Shown here: in pieces, positions 39,570 through 47,729 of the stretch
How the letters are laid out: the number at the start of each line of letters is the position of its first letter
Position numbering within the stretch: position 1 is the first letter of the stretch
Virus record (IMG/VR): IMGVR_UViG_3300047476_001657
Location: 29,304 to 93,303 of that record
Length of the DNA: 64,000 bases
Direction: 5' to 3' (one strand)
Source of the DNA: a virus
The notes under the pieces: generated by a model
Database searches by the model: none
What the model was told of the DNA's origin: nothing
The model's input: the letters and a program-made list of their open reading frames with translations, nothing else
Translations under genes and position numbers: made by a program

Positions 39570-41597
39570 TTACAAACTACTTAAACAATTAGAACAATCA
39601 TTAAAGAAGGTATTACCTGTATAAGGGAAAAAACTTCCTGAAATAAATGTAAAAGTAGAACCCAAAGGTAATGTTGGATATGTTGCAGAATAGTACATAA
39701 ATTCCCAACAATAATTGTTATCTGTAGTTTTAAATACATCACCTAGTATAAATGTAGGAACACCTAACGTTTGAATGATGTATTCAGTTGGATTACCGCA
39801 TTGTCTATAAACGTAATAACCTGGAGTCATAGAAGGTGTTGGTGAAGGTGTTATTGTTGGTGTTATAGATGGAGTAACTGTTGGAGTTGGTGTCGGTGAA
39901 ACATTAGGTGTACAAAGTACACATTCACCTAAGTTAGAATAACCTAAAGGACCATCAATCAAATTAATATCATCAACTCCAATTGTATCCAAATTATAAC
40001 CAACAAATGAAATACATTTTGATACTCCATTAACATCAGCCTTGAAAATCATAAATTGATTGATACTTCCACCTGAAGGTAATGGTATGTTGTTGGTTGT
40101 ATAAAACATCTCACCATTAAAACAATCTTGAAATTGTTTACTATTAGGACATTTAATTTCTCCATTGATAGTATTAAATGATACTGAACCGGAAACACTG
40201 AATGGTCTTGTTATTTGTGGTGTTGGTGTAGGTGTTGTTGTTATCGTAGGTGTTGGTGTCGGAGTATAACCAGTGATTGTTACATCAACTACAATAATAG
40301 AACAAGGATTGCTTGAAGTTGGTGTTGGTGTCGTTGTTGGTGATACACTTACAGTTGGTGTAGGAGTTGGTGTTGGAATAAAATCACAATCAAAAACAGC
40401 ATTAAAGTCCAATACTGAACAATTAACTGTTGGTGTAGGAGTTGGTGTTGGACACGTACCACTAAAAACATATGTATCACATAAATCAGGACAAGATGAA
40501 TTACAAGGGTATGGGCCTTCCAAAAAACAAGTTCCACCTAAACTTGATGACATACACCAAGTACCATCGTTGGAAAAAAATATGAAATAGCCAGTTGATT
40601 CACCTAACCAATATGGATAACCATTATAGTCACCACCATACTTGAAATTGTCATCATAACCCAAACCAGTGTTACTTATACAATAATTTACTATGTCTGT
40701 TTTATCTATGAAAACACAATATGGTGAACCACTACAAGTGTATAATGTATAACCACTTGGACAACTATATCCACTTGTAGATAAAGGAACTTCTTGTCCT
40801 ATTAAATCCAAAGTACTAAAAATTGTGTCTGCACTTAATTGTGTTGTATTAGTGTAACCACTTAATGTTGAAACTGAACCAGAATATATCTCAAATGCGA
40901 AAGCAGCATCACTACCATAGTTTAACCCTTTCATCTCTATAATGTTAAGTCCTGATGAAAATGTGTAAGGTAAAATTGACCAAGTGTTTATAATTAAACC
41001 TTGGGCTAAACATGGGTTAACCCCTATAATTGGACTTGTTTCAAAAATTAAATTATTATTAATTCTTAGTTCGATTTCATTGTCTGCAGCAAATCCGATA
41101 AAGTAAGTACCACCACTTGGAATATCCAAACAATAAGAAAAACCTAACCATTCATTGATTGGATTTGGTGGCGTCCCAACCCAAACACCTGCGTTATTTA
41201 ATCTCCCCCAATATGTCCCTAAAGGAGGTGCTGGAAATGCTTGTCCCCATAATTGATTTTGCAATGGTGTTGGATTAGGTGGAGATGGAAAACAACCAGT
41301 ACCACCTACTTGAATATTCAATATTCTACCACTATTATCTATTAAAAATTGAGTATTGGTTAATAGTGTACCATTTTCAGTGGATACAGTACCTGTTGTA
41401 CCTGAATTAGTTATTGGAAAAGATAAATTAGTAACATCTTCATAAAATATAGCTCCCAAAACACAATAAGAGTTATTTTGACTACCCGTTGTTGCTGTAT
41501 AAAAATATGAACCACCACTTGTTGCTGCGGTAATTGTTAAAATACAAGCATCTGAATCTATGGTTGGGGTATAACCCGATGGACAAGGACAACTCAT
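39570..41597 (-). CDS. Cys-rich modular virion protein with CPSGY repeats, PA14/lectin-like domain and PT linkers
   Basis: CPCPSGY and SCPSGY; YFIGFAADNEIELRINN; four PT tracts. Confidence 0.65.
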   Translation of the reverse strand: MSCPCPSGYTPTIDSDACILTITAATSGGSYFYTATTGSQNNSYCVLGAIFYEDVTNLSFPITNSGTTGTVSTENGTLLTNTQFLIDNSGRILNIQVGGTGCFPSPPNPTPLQNQLWGQAFPAPPLGTYWGRLNNAGVWVGTPPNPINEWLGFSYCLDIPSGGTYFIGFAADNEIELRINNNLIFETSPIIGVNPCLAQGLIINTWSILPYTFSSGLNIIEMKGLNYGSDAAFAFEIYSGSVSTLSGYTNTTQLSADTIFSTLDLIGQEVPLSTSGYSCPSGYTLYTCSGSPYCVFIDKTDIVNYCISNTGLGYDDNFKYGGDYNGYPYWLGESTGYFIFFSNDGTWCMSSSLGGTCFLEGPYPCNSSCPDLCDTYVFSGTCPTPTPTPTVNCSVLDFNAVFDCDFIPTPTPTPTVSVSPTTTPTPTSSNPCSIIVVDVTITGYTPTPTPTITTTPTPTPQITRPFSVSGSVSFNTINGEIKCPNSKQFQDCFNGEMFYTTNNIPLPSGGSINQFMIFKADVNGVSKCISFVGYNLDTIGVDDINLIDGPLGYSNLGECVLCTPNVSPTPTPTVTPSITPTITPSPTPSMTPGYYVYRQCGNPTEYIIQTLGVPTFILGDVFKTTDNNYCWEFMYYSATYPTLPLGSTFTFISGSFFPYTGNTFFNDCSNCLSSL

Positions 41598-41600
41598 TCG

Positions 41601-41819
41601 TTATGGAACTATTAAATTATTTATAACCTCACAACCATTACTATCAATTGTTTTCAGATTATATGATAGTTGACCATCCAAAATAGATGGAACATCAAAT
41701 GAATATGGAAAAACTGAAACCGTATCAACAAATATACAAGTCGTAATTAGTTGGTCACAAAGATAAATGTTACAAGGTGTTGAACCCGTTATATCATTTA
41801 TAGTTATTGTTGTTGGCAT
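41601..41819 (-). CDS. Small Cys-containing protein, first gene of the minus-strand structural operon
   Basis: Paralog of 39238-39537; late motif upstream. Confidence 0.7.
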   Translation of the reverse strand: MPTTITINDITGSTPCNIYLCDQLITTCIFVDTVSVFPYSFDVPSILDGQLSYNLKTIDSNGCEVINNLIVP

Positions 41820-41850
41820 TTGACAAAATTGTTTTTAATAAATATATTAG
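41818..41850. promoter_or_regulatory. Overlapping divergent promoters (+: ATTTGACAA-N16-TATATTAG; -: ATATTTAT at 41838-41845)
   Basis: Both motif classes lie in the short gap between the divergent structural and primase operons. Confidence 0.6.
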
Positions 41851-41872
41851 GTAGAGAAACTTTGTGAATATT

Positions 41873-42775
41873 ATGTCAGATGATAGTGAAATAATCGTAG
41901 ACCTTCTACGAGATATATTTGGGGATGAAAAACAACACTATGAGTCCAAAGGACAAATTAGTCATCATTGTCCGGAATGTGATGAGGGAAGAAAAAAAGG
42001 CAATTTGGAAATAAATTATTTTCAACATGTATTTCATTGTTGGAGTTGTGGTGATACGAATAATATGCACGGAACACTACATAAGTTGATTAAAAAGTAT
42101 GGAAAAAAATCCCATCTTAAAACTTATTCTATATTAGCTCCAGAAGAAAACAAACCAACACAAAGAAAAAAAGTTAACAAACTTAAATTACCTGAATATT
42201 TCAAAAAGTTTAATGAAGTATCATCAATATATCCAGTAAGAAGACAAGCATACAATTATTTAACCAATAGAGGTATTACAGATGAAATAATAGAAAGATA
42301 TGGAATTGGTTTTTGTGATAATGGAAGTCATGCTGGTAGAATAATAATTCCATCCTATGATAAAAAAGGGGAATTAAATTACTATATTGCCAGAAGTTGG
42401 GATTTACATACAAGAGCCAAATACAAAAATCCCGAGGCTGAAAAAGATAAAATAATATTCTTTGAAAGTTTGATTGATTGGAATAAAGACATTACCTTGG
42501 TTGAAGGAGCATTTGACTCAATATTCATTCCAAATAGTATTCCAATGTTGGGAAAACATATGAGTTCATTATTATTTGACACCTTATATGAAAAAACTAA
42601 AGGTAACATAACAATAGCTTTGGATGGTGATGCTTTTGACAATGCAGTTAAATTATATCACGAGTTGAATGGGGGTAACCTCTATGGAAGAATTAAAATC
42701 GTTAAGTTACCTTTGGATAAAGATATTGCTGATTTGAGGGGACAAATAAATGAATATTATATAGAAATAAAATGA
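41873..42775 (+). CDS. DNA primase (Zn finger + TOPRIM)
   Basis: CPEC...HCWSC, YLTNRGI, RIIIP, YYIARS, LVEGAFD, IALDGDA. ATG 41873 preferred over GTG 41864. Confidence 0.9.
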   Translation: MSDDSEIIVDLLRDIFGDEKQHYESKGQISHHCPECDEGRKKGNLEINYFQHVFHCWSCGDTNNMHGTLHKLIKKYGKKSHLKTYSILAPEENKPTQRKKVNKLKLPEYFKKFNEVSSIYPVRRQAYNYLTNRGITDEIIERYGIGFCDNGSHAGRIIIPSYDKKGELNYYIARSWDLHTRAKYKNPEAEKDKIIFFESLIDWNKDITLVEGAFDSIFIPNSIPMLGKHMSSLLFDTLYEKTKGNITIALDGDAFDNAVKLYHELNGGNLYGRIKIVKLPLDKDIADLRGQINEYYIEIK

Positions 42776-43617
42776 CAGATTTATACAAAGTAAGAGACGA
42801 AATACTAGAAATAGTTAAAAAAAGGCAAGAAGAATTACAACTAACATTTGAGGAAGAATCCCACAAATACACAATGTTAGATAAAGAGGGTAATTTAAGA
42901 GATGATTGGTATTCGGTATCAAAAATCTTGAAGAATTATTATGACCCATTCCCAGCTGAAGAAATTGCATTAAAGAAAGCAAAAGGAGATGTTGAAGAAC
43001 AACAAAAACTATTAAAAGAATGGGCTGATGCTGGAACTTATTCAACCAACCTTGGTTCAAGAACCCACTTTTTATTGGAACAAAAATCACTTGAAATGTT
43101 TGACATCAAAAAGGAGGTTAGACAACCAATATTTGATTGTGATTTTGAACAAATATTAAAGAGTGATAGAATGGTGAGTGGGGGAATGAAATGTTTGGAA
43201 TTGATGAAAGAAAGGGGTGGTGTGTTACTTGATACAGAAATGGTATTGGGTGATAATGAGTTGGGTTATGTTGGACAACCTGATAAAATGTGGTTGATTG
43301 AAAATAAAGAAAAAAATCAAATTGGAATATTTTGCACTGATTGGAAAACAAACAAGAGTAAAAACTTTGAGTCCAATCATTTTACAAAATCAATGAAATA
43401 TCCTTTTAATAAACTACCAGACAATGCGTTGGGACATTATTATTTACAACTTCCATTATATTTAAGATTGTTATTCAAAATGTTGAAAGGAAGTAAGTAT
43501 GAAAATATTGGACTTTTTGGGGCAATAATAGTATTATTGAAGGAAGATGGAACATTCGAGGAGTTTAGAATACCATCATCAGTTATTAACCAAGTAATGA
43601 ATTTGAAAATCTTTTAA
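42772..43617 (+). CDS. PD-(D/E)xK exonuclease (lambda-exo/Cas4-like)
   Basis: FEEESHKY, SVSKIL, GSRTH, GQPD, DWKTNK, YYLQLPLY. Confidence 0.8.
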   Translation: MTDLYKVRDEILEIVKKRQEELQLTFEEESHKYTMLDKEGNLRDDWYSVSKILKNYYDPFPAEEIALKKAKGDVEEQQKLLKEWADAGTYSTNLGSRTHFLLEQKSLEMFDIKKEVRQPIFDCDFEQILKSDRMVSGGMKCLELMKERGGVLLDTEMVLGDNELGYVGQPDKMWLIENKEKNQIGIFCTDWKTNKSKNFESNHFTKSMKYPFNKLPDNALGHYYLQLPLYLRLLFKMLKGSKYENIGLFGAIIVLLKEDGTFEEFRIPSSVINQVMNLKIF

Positions 43618-43626
43618 ATATTAATT

Positions 43627-43812
43627 ATGGAATTAGAAAACGAAGTATTAACAGAAAAAGAAAAGGATTATTTAGATGACTTGAAATTTATTTTGGGTAA
43701 AATGAAAAAGAAATTCTCTTTTGAATATAACGGAGTTAAGTTTGTATCAAATAGGGAAATAATTGGTGTTGAACCAGAAACTTATAAATTAATTTACAAA
43801 AACAATAATTAA
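43627..43812 (+). CDS. Hypothetical protein
   Basis: Short ORF packed in operon. Confidence 0.6.
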   Translation: MELENEVLTEKEKDYLDDLKFILGKMKKKFSFEYNGVKFVSNREIIGVEPETYKLIYKNNN

Positions 43813-43815
43813 AAA

Positions 43816-44088
43816 ATGGAAAATCAAAAATTAGAAAGTGTTGAAGTTTCAGTTTATGAATCTTACACAACTTATCTTAGAAAAAAACCTTTAACAATTA
43901 ACATCTCAGATTATCCTGAATTAGAAGGTATGAATGAAGATGAAATTCAAAGTTATATACTTGAAAATGGTGATGAAATGAAACCAATGAATGATGATGT
44001 TTATGAAAGTTTAATGGGTGAATTAATAGACCAAGATATAGATTGGGATAAACTTGATAACGAAGATTTTAATATAATTGTAGAATAA
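43816..44088 (+). CDS. Acidic hypothetical protein
   Basis: Packed ORF with A-rich leader. Confidence 0.65.
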   Translation: MENQKLESVEVSVYESYTTYLRKKPLTINISDYPELEGMNEDEIQSYILENGDEMKPMNDDVYESLMGELIDQDIDWDKLDNEDFNIIVE

Positions 44089-44089
44089 T

Positions 44090-44314
44090 ATGGATAACTT
44101 AATTAATACAGAAAAGAACTTACCGAGAATTGACTTAAAAGAACAACCAACATTAACTTGTGAGAAATGTGAATCCAAGTTTTTTGAAGAAGTTGTTATG
44201 GTAAAAAAAGTATCAAAACTTTTAACTGGAAGTATGGAAGATACTATTGTACCTTTCCCAACCTATCGTTGTGCTGATTGTAAACACGTTAACTCTGACT
44301 TTGAATTATTTTAA
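44090..44314 (+). CDS. Small zinc-ribbon protein
   Basis: CEKC...CADC pairs. Confidence 0.72.
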   Translation: MDNLINTEKNLPRIDLKEQPTLTCEKCESKFFEEVVMVKKVSKLLTGSMEDTIVPFPTYRCADCKHVNSDFELF

Positions 44315-44317
44315 TTT

Positions 44318-45097
44318 ATGATAAACAAACTTGTCCATTTCTCGGACTTACATTTGAGATTGATTAAAGACCACGATTTATATAAATCCGTGTTGTCTGA
44401 TATGTTCAATCAATTTAAGGAAATACAACCTGATAGAGTCGTATTCACCGGTGATTTAGTTCATAGCAAAAACCAAGTCAGTCCAGAATTAATTGAAATG
44501 GTTAGATGGACATTGGAAGAATGTTCCAAAATTGCCAAGACAATCATTATTATTGGTAATCACGATATGTTAGAAAACAACTTATCAAGATTAGATACCT
44601 TAACACCCATCATTGAATCAATGAATAATGATAACATTGTTTATTACAAAGATAGAGGTGTATATGTTGATGAGAATATTGATTGGGTTGTGTATTCCTT
44701 ATTTGAACATAATATTCCACCAGTCATTGAGAAATCAAATAACCTAAAAATTGGATTATTTCACGGACCTATTATAGGGTTATATACAGACATTGGATAT
44801 AAGTTTGAAACAGGATATGAGGTGAGTAAATTTGATGGTTGTAATCTTGTTTTATGTGGGGATATTCATAAGAGACAAGTATTTGATATTCCTAATAATA
44901 AGAAAGCATATATGGTGGGTTCAACCATCCAACAAAACTATGGGGAAACAATTAAAAAACACGGATTTGGTGTTTATGATGTTGTTAAAGATGAATATAG
45001 ATTTGTTGACTTGAATAACCCCAAACCTTTTCTTAAATTTGAAATAAGTTCATTTGAAGATATAATTGATGGAAAAGAAAAACTCATTAACACTTAA
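44318..45097 (+). CDS. sbcD: Mre11/SbcD (gp47-like) metallophosphoesterase nuclease, short form
   Basis: SDLH, GDLVH, GNHD, FHG, GDIH, GSTIQQNYGE motifs. Confidence 0.85.
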   Translation: MINKLVHFSDLHLRLIKDHDLYKSVLSDMFNQFKEIQPDRVVFTGDLVHSKNQVSPELIEMVRWTLEECSKIAKTIIIIGNHDMLENNLSRLDTLTPIIESMNNDNIVYYKDRGVYVDENIDWVVYSLFEHNIPPVIEKSNNLKIGLFHGPIIGLYTDIGYKFETGYEVSKFDGCNLVLCGDIHKRQVFDIPNNKKAYMVGSTIQQNYGETIKKHGFGVYDVVKDEYRFVDLNNPKPFLKFEISSFEDIIDGKEKLINT

Positions 45098-45788
45098 CAA
45101 ACAAAATCAAAAAGATTTAACTGATTATTGTAAGTTGAATGATATTGAGGATGTTGATAAGTTTTTTCAACAATGTTTCAAACAAGGGTTTGATATTAAA
45201 AAATATGGTTTATTAGGTGAAAATAATGAAAGAGTTGTTGAATACATCGAAAAAGAAGTTCCGATTGAGGTTATCAAATATATTGAAAAGGAAACGATTA
45301 GAGAAGTCCCCATCGAAGTTATTAAAGAGGTTGAAAAAATTGTCGTTGTCGAGAAAGAAATCCCAATTGAGAAGATAGTTGAAAAAACTATTGAAGTACC
45401 AGTTGAGGTTATTAAAGAGGTTGAGAAGATTGTTGAGGTAACTAAGGAAGTACCAATTGAATCTAAAAATATTTCTCAAAATGAGATTATAGTGGAAAAA
45501 ATTATCCAAGTACCCATTGAAGTTGAGAAGATAGTCGAAAAAATTGTCGAAGTTCCAATTGAAGTAGTTAAAGAAATTATTAAAGAAGTTGAGGTAATTA
45601 AAGAGGTTGAAAAACCAAATGAAAAGATGGGAATGTTACAAGACACTTTGATGAAGTTAAGAAGGGAAATGGGAGATAAAGACAAAACTATAACTGAACT
45701 TAATAATAAAATAGAACAACTTGAAAAATTGGTATCAAATACTGGTGCTGTTTATATGAAGGGTTCTAATTTATCTCAAAATTTATAA
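45069..45788 (+). CDS. EKIVEVP-repeat (alveolin/articulin-like) coiled-coil protein
   Basis: Many V/I-E-K-I-V-E-V-P repeats then a C-terminal heptad region; ATG 45069. Confidence 0.75.
   Translation: MEKKNSLTLNKQNQKDLTDYCKLNDIEDVDKFFQQCFKQGFDIKKYGLLGENNERVVEYIEKEVPIEVIKYIEKETIREVPIEVIKEVEKIVVVEKEIPIEKIVEKTIEVPVEVIKEVEKIVEVTKEVPIESKNISQNEIIVEKIIQVPIEVEKIVEKIVEVPIEVVKEIIKEVEVIKEVEKPNEKMGMLQDTLMKLRREMGDKDKTITELNNKIEQLEKLVSNTGAVYMKGSNLSQNL
45750..45788 (+). repeat. Direct repeat copy 1 (3' end of the repeat-protein gene)
   Basis: 33/39 identical to 47282-47320. Confidence 0.85.
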
Positions 45789-45796
45789 ATAAAATA

Positions 45797-46663
45797 ATGT
45801 ATACAAATACTGATTGGAACAAATTTCATTTAATTGATGTTGTTGAAGGATTAAAAAAAATTGAATCAAATTCCGTTGATATTGTATTGTCAGATCCACC
45901 ATATAACATTGGTAAGGATTTTGGACTTTGTAAAGACAATTTAGAGTTAAACACCTACTTACAATGGTGTGATGAGTGGATAAATGAAAGTATTAGAATT
46001 TTAAAACCATCTGGGTCACTGTTTATCTATGGTTTCAGTGAAATCTTAGCTCATTTGTCAGTTAGGATTAATTTAGATAAAAGATGGTTAATTTGGCACT
46101 ATACCAACAAAACAGTTCCAAGTTATAATGGATGGCAAAGAAGTCACGAAAGTATTCTTTATTGTTGGAAAGAGAAACCCGTATTCAATAGAGATGAAAT
46201 TAGAATTCCTTACACTGAAACTTTCCTTAAAAACTCGGCAGGTAAAACAAGAAAAAAAAGTAACACTGCAAGATTTGGGGGTAAAGAAGAAACTACATAT
46301 ACAGCACATGAAAATGGAGCACTCCCAAGAGATGTTTTTACTGATGTTTCTACTTTAGCAGGTGGTGCAGGTAAAGAGAGATATTTTTTATATGATGGTG
46401 AAGTCTATCCTGGTACGGAAATAAAAAACTTTGACATTGAAAAATGTCTTAAACACCCAACACAAAAACCTTCAAAATTGACTCAAAAATTATTACTTTC
46501 AGCTAAAACTGATGGTTGTAAAGTAGTTATCCCATTTGGAGGTTCAGGTTCTGAAGGTGTTGTTTCTAAAAAATTGGGTTTAGATTTTATTGGGTTTGAA
46601 ATAAATGAGGATTATTTAAAACTAGCAAATGGGGCTGTAAATAAATTTCAAGATATATTTTAA
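45797..46663 (+). CDS. DNA amino-methyltransferase (N6-A/N4-C, beta class)
   Basis: SDPPY precedes HPTQKP and PFGGSGS. Confidence 0.92.
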   Translation: MYTNTDWNKFHLIDVVEGLKKIESNSVDIVLSDPPYNIGKDFGLCKDNLELNTYLQWCDEWINESIRILKPSGSLFIYGFSEILAHLSVRINLDKRWLIWHYTNKTVPSYNGWQRSHESILYCWKEKPVFNRDEIRIPYTETFLKNSAGKTRKKSNTARFGGKEETTYTAHENGALPRDVFTDVSTLAGGAGKERYFLYDGEVYPGTEIKNFDIEKCLKHPTQKPSKLTQKLLLSAKTDGCKVVIPFGGSGSEGVVSKKLGLDFIGFEINEDYLKLANGAVNKFQDIF

Positions 46664-46698
46664 ATAACTTTGTGAGTTAACTCACAAAGTTATTTAAA
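46659..46698. repeat. Perfect 40-bp palindrome spanning both stop codons
   Basis: TTTAAATAACTTTGTGAGTT followed directly by AACTCACAAAGTTATTTAAA. Confidence 0.95.
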
Positions 46699-47195
46699 TC
46701 TTCAACATTTCTAATTGGTGTTAAATAGTTTTTTATGTTTTTATAATTACACCAAAGTCCTTGTCCTTCGGCACCACCTTGTTGTGTGACCAATCCCTTA
46801 GACTTCAAATTAAGTAAGTCTGATTTACTTATGATGAACACATCAATACTATTGAAATTAACACCACAGAATAGTAGATAATCATATTCGTGATCCTCCA
46901 TTATATGTTGCCATTTCCAATCACCATTAGTGACCCAAAATCTTGAAGATTTAACTTCAAAGTTTTTACCTGATAATATTTGACGTAAATCGTGACCTGT
47001 ATTAGTTGGCTTATCAAGGGATAAACATTCCTTAATAATTCTTTGTATTTTTTCCCCAAACGATTTATTACTAAGAGAAACGATTTTTAGTATGTCTGGA
47101 TGTGCATTGTTTTCAACATAATAATCTAATTGAGTTTTTACAGTTTTTATACTTTCAAAAGTTTTAGTTTTACTTATTTGTTCTATTGATATCAT
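46677..47195 (-). CDS. PD-(D/E)xK endonuclease, putative restriction enzyme
   Basis: FGE...GHD-x9-FEVKSS...YDYLLF pattern; adjacent to the MTase; the only likely minus-strand gene in this + block. Confidence 0.7.
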   Translation of the reverse strand: MISIEQISKTKTFESIKTVKTQLDYYVENNAHPDILKIVSLSNKSFGEKIQRIIKECLSLDKPTNTGHDLRQILSGKNFEVKSSRFWVTNGDWKWQHIMEDHEYDYLLFCGVNFNSIDVFIISKSDLLNLKSKGLVTQQGGAEGQGLWCNYKNIKNYLTPIRNVEDLNNFVS

Positions 47196-47281
47196 ATTAC
47201 TTATTTTTATTTAATGTAAACATAATTAAAAATTTTGAATTGTAAAAAAAAATAATTAATTTCTTTAAAAAGGATAATTGG

Positions 47282-47320
47282 GTTTATATGAAAGGTTCTA
47301 ACCTATCTAAAAATCTGTAA
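47282..47320 (+). repeat. Direct repeat copy 2 (orphaned gene 3' end, VYMKGSNLSKNL*)
   Basis: Encodes nearly the same C-terminal peptide and stop as 45750-45788. Confidence 0.85.
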
Positions 47321-47327
47321 TATTTAT
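47320..47327 (+). promoter_or_regulatory. Putative late motif ATATTTAT
   Basis: 11 nt before ATG 47339. Confidence 0.5.
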
Positions 47328-47338
47328 TGTAAAAAAAT

Positions 47339-47666
47339 ATGGAAAAGTTAATTAAAAGAGTTTTTGGAAGATAGAATTGATTTTGAGGGATATGATATCA
47401 GAGTTAATCCAAACAGAAAAATTAGTCAGTTATATGATGTATTTGAAGATGAATATGGCTGGGCTATCAAAAGAATGGGAGAAAAGGAAGCTATAATTGA
47501 ATGGTTACGAGGATTACCTAGTGTATTAGATATCCCCTTCTATTACTATGATATCAGTAATTTATTATATGCTTTAGGTTTTGATGAAGTTAAGGAAATG
47601 GAAGATACAGAAATTGGTGATTTATACTATGACTTACTCGCAAAAACCATTATGGAAAACAAGTAA
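47339..47666 (+). pseudogene. Hypothetical gene with an apparent +1 frameshift near its start
   Basis: The ATG 47339 frame stops at 47374. Removing one A from attAAAAgag joins MEKLIK to EFLEDRIDF (the 47364 frame). Confidence 0.5.
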
Positions 47667-47691
47667 ATAATTTAACATTTAATTTTTACAG

Positions 47692-47729
47692 AACCCCACT
47701 ATTTTAATTAAAAAAAAGATAGTGGGGTT
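47692..47729 (+). promoter_or_regulatory. 11-bp hairpin covering the GTG start of the nuclease gene
   Basis: AACCCCACTAT / ATAGTGGGGTT. Confidence 0.65.

Larger units (their letters stand above)
45789..47281. mobile_element. Inserted methyltransferase-nuclease (type II R-M-like) cassette
   Basis: Bounded by the 39-bp diverged direct repeat; convergent M and R-like genes. Confidence 0.7.

Noticed and set aside
8006-41819. Eukaryotic giant-virus origin suggested by the eukaryote-like RNR and Cys/PT-rich proteins
   Set aside because: gp25/gp6 baseplate genes, a sigma-70, an amidase, coupled operons and Bacteroidota promoters indicate a bacteriophage. This RNR subtype also occurs in Bacteroidota.
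42772-43617. Cas4 as part of a CRISPR-Cas system
   Set aside because: It lacks the four-Cys Fe-S pattern, has no cas neighbours or array, and fits a stand-alone phage exonuclease beside primase.
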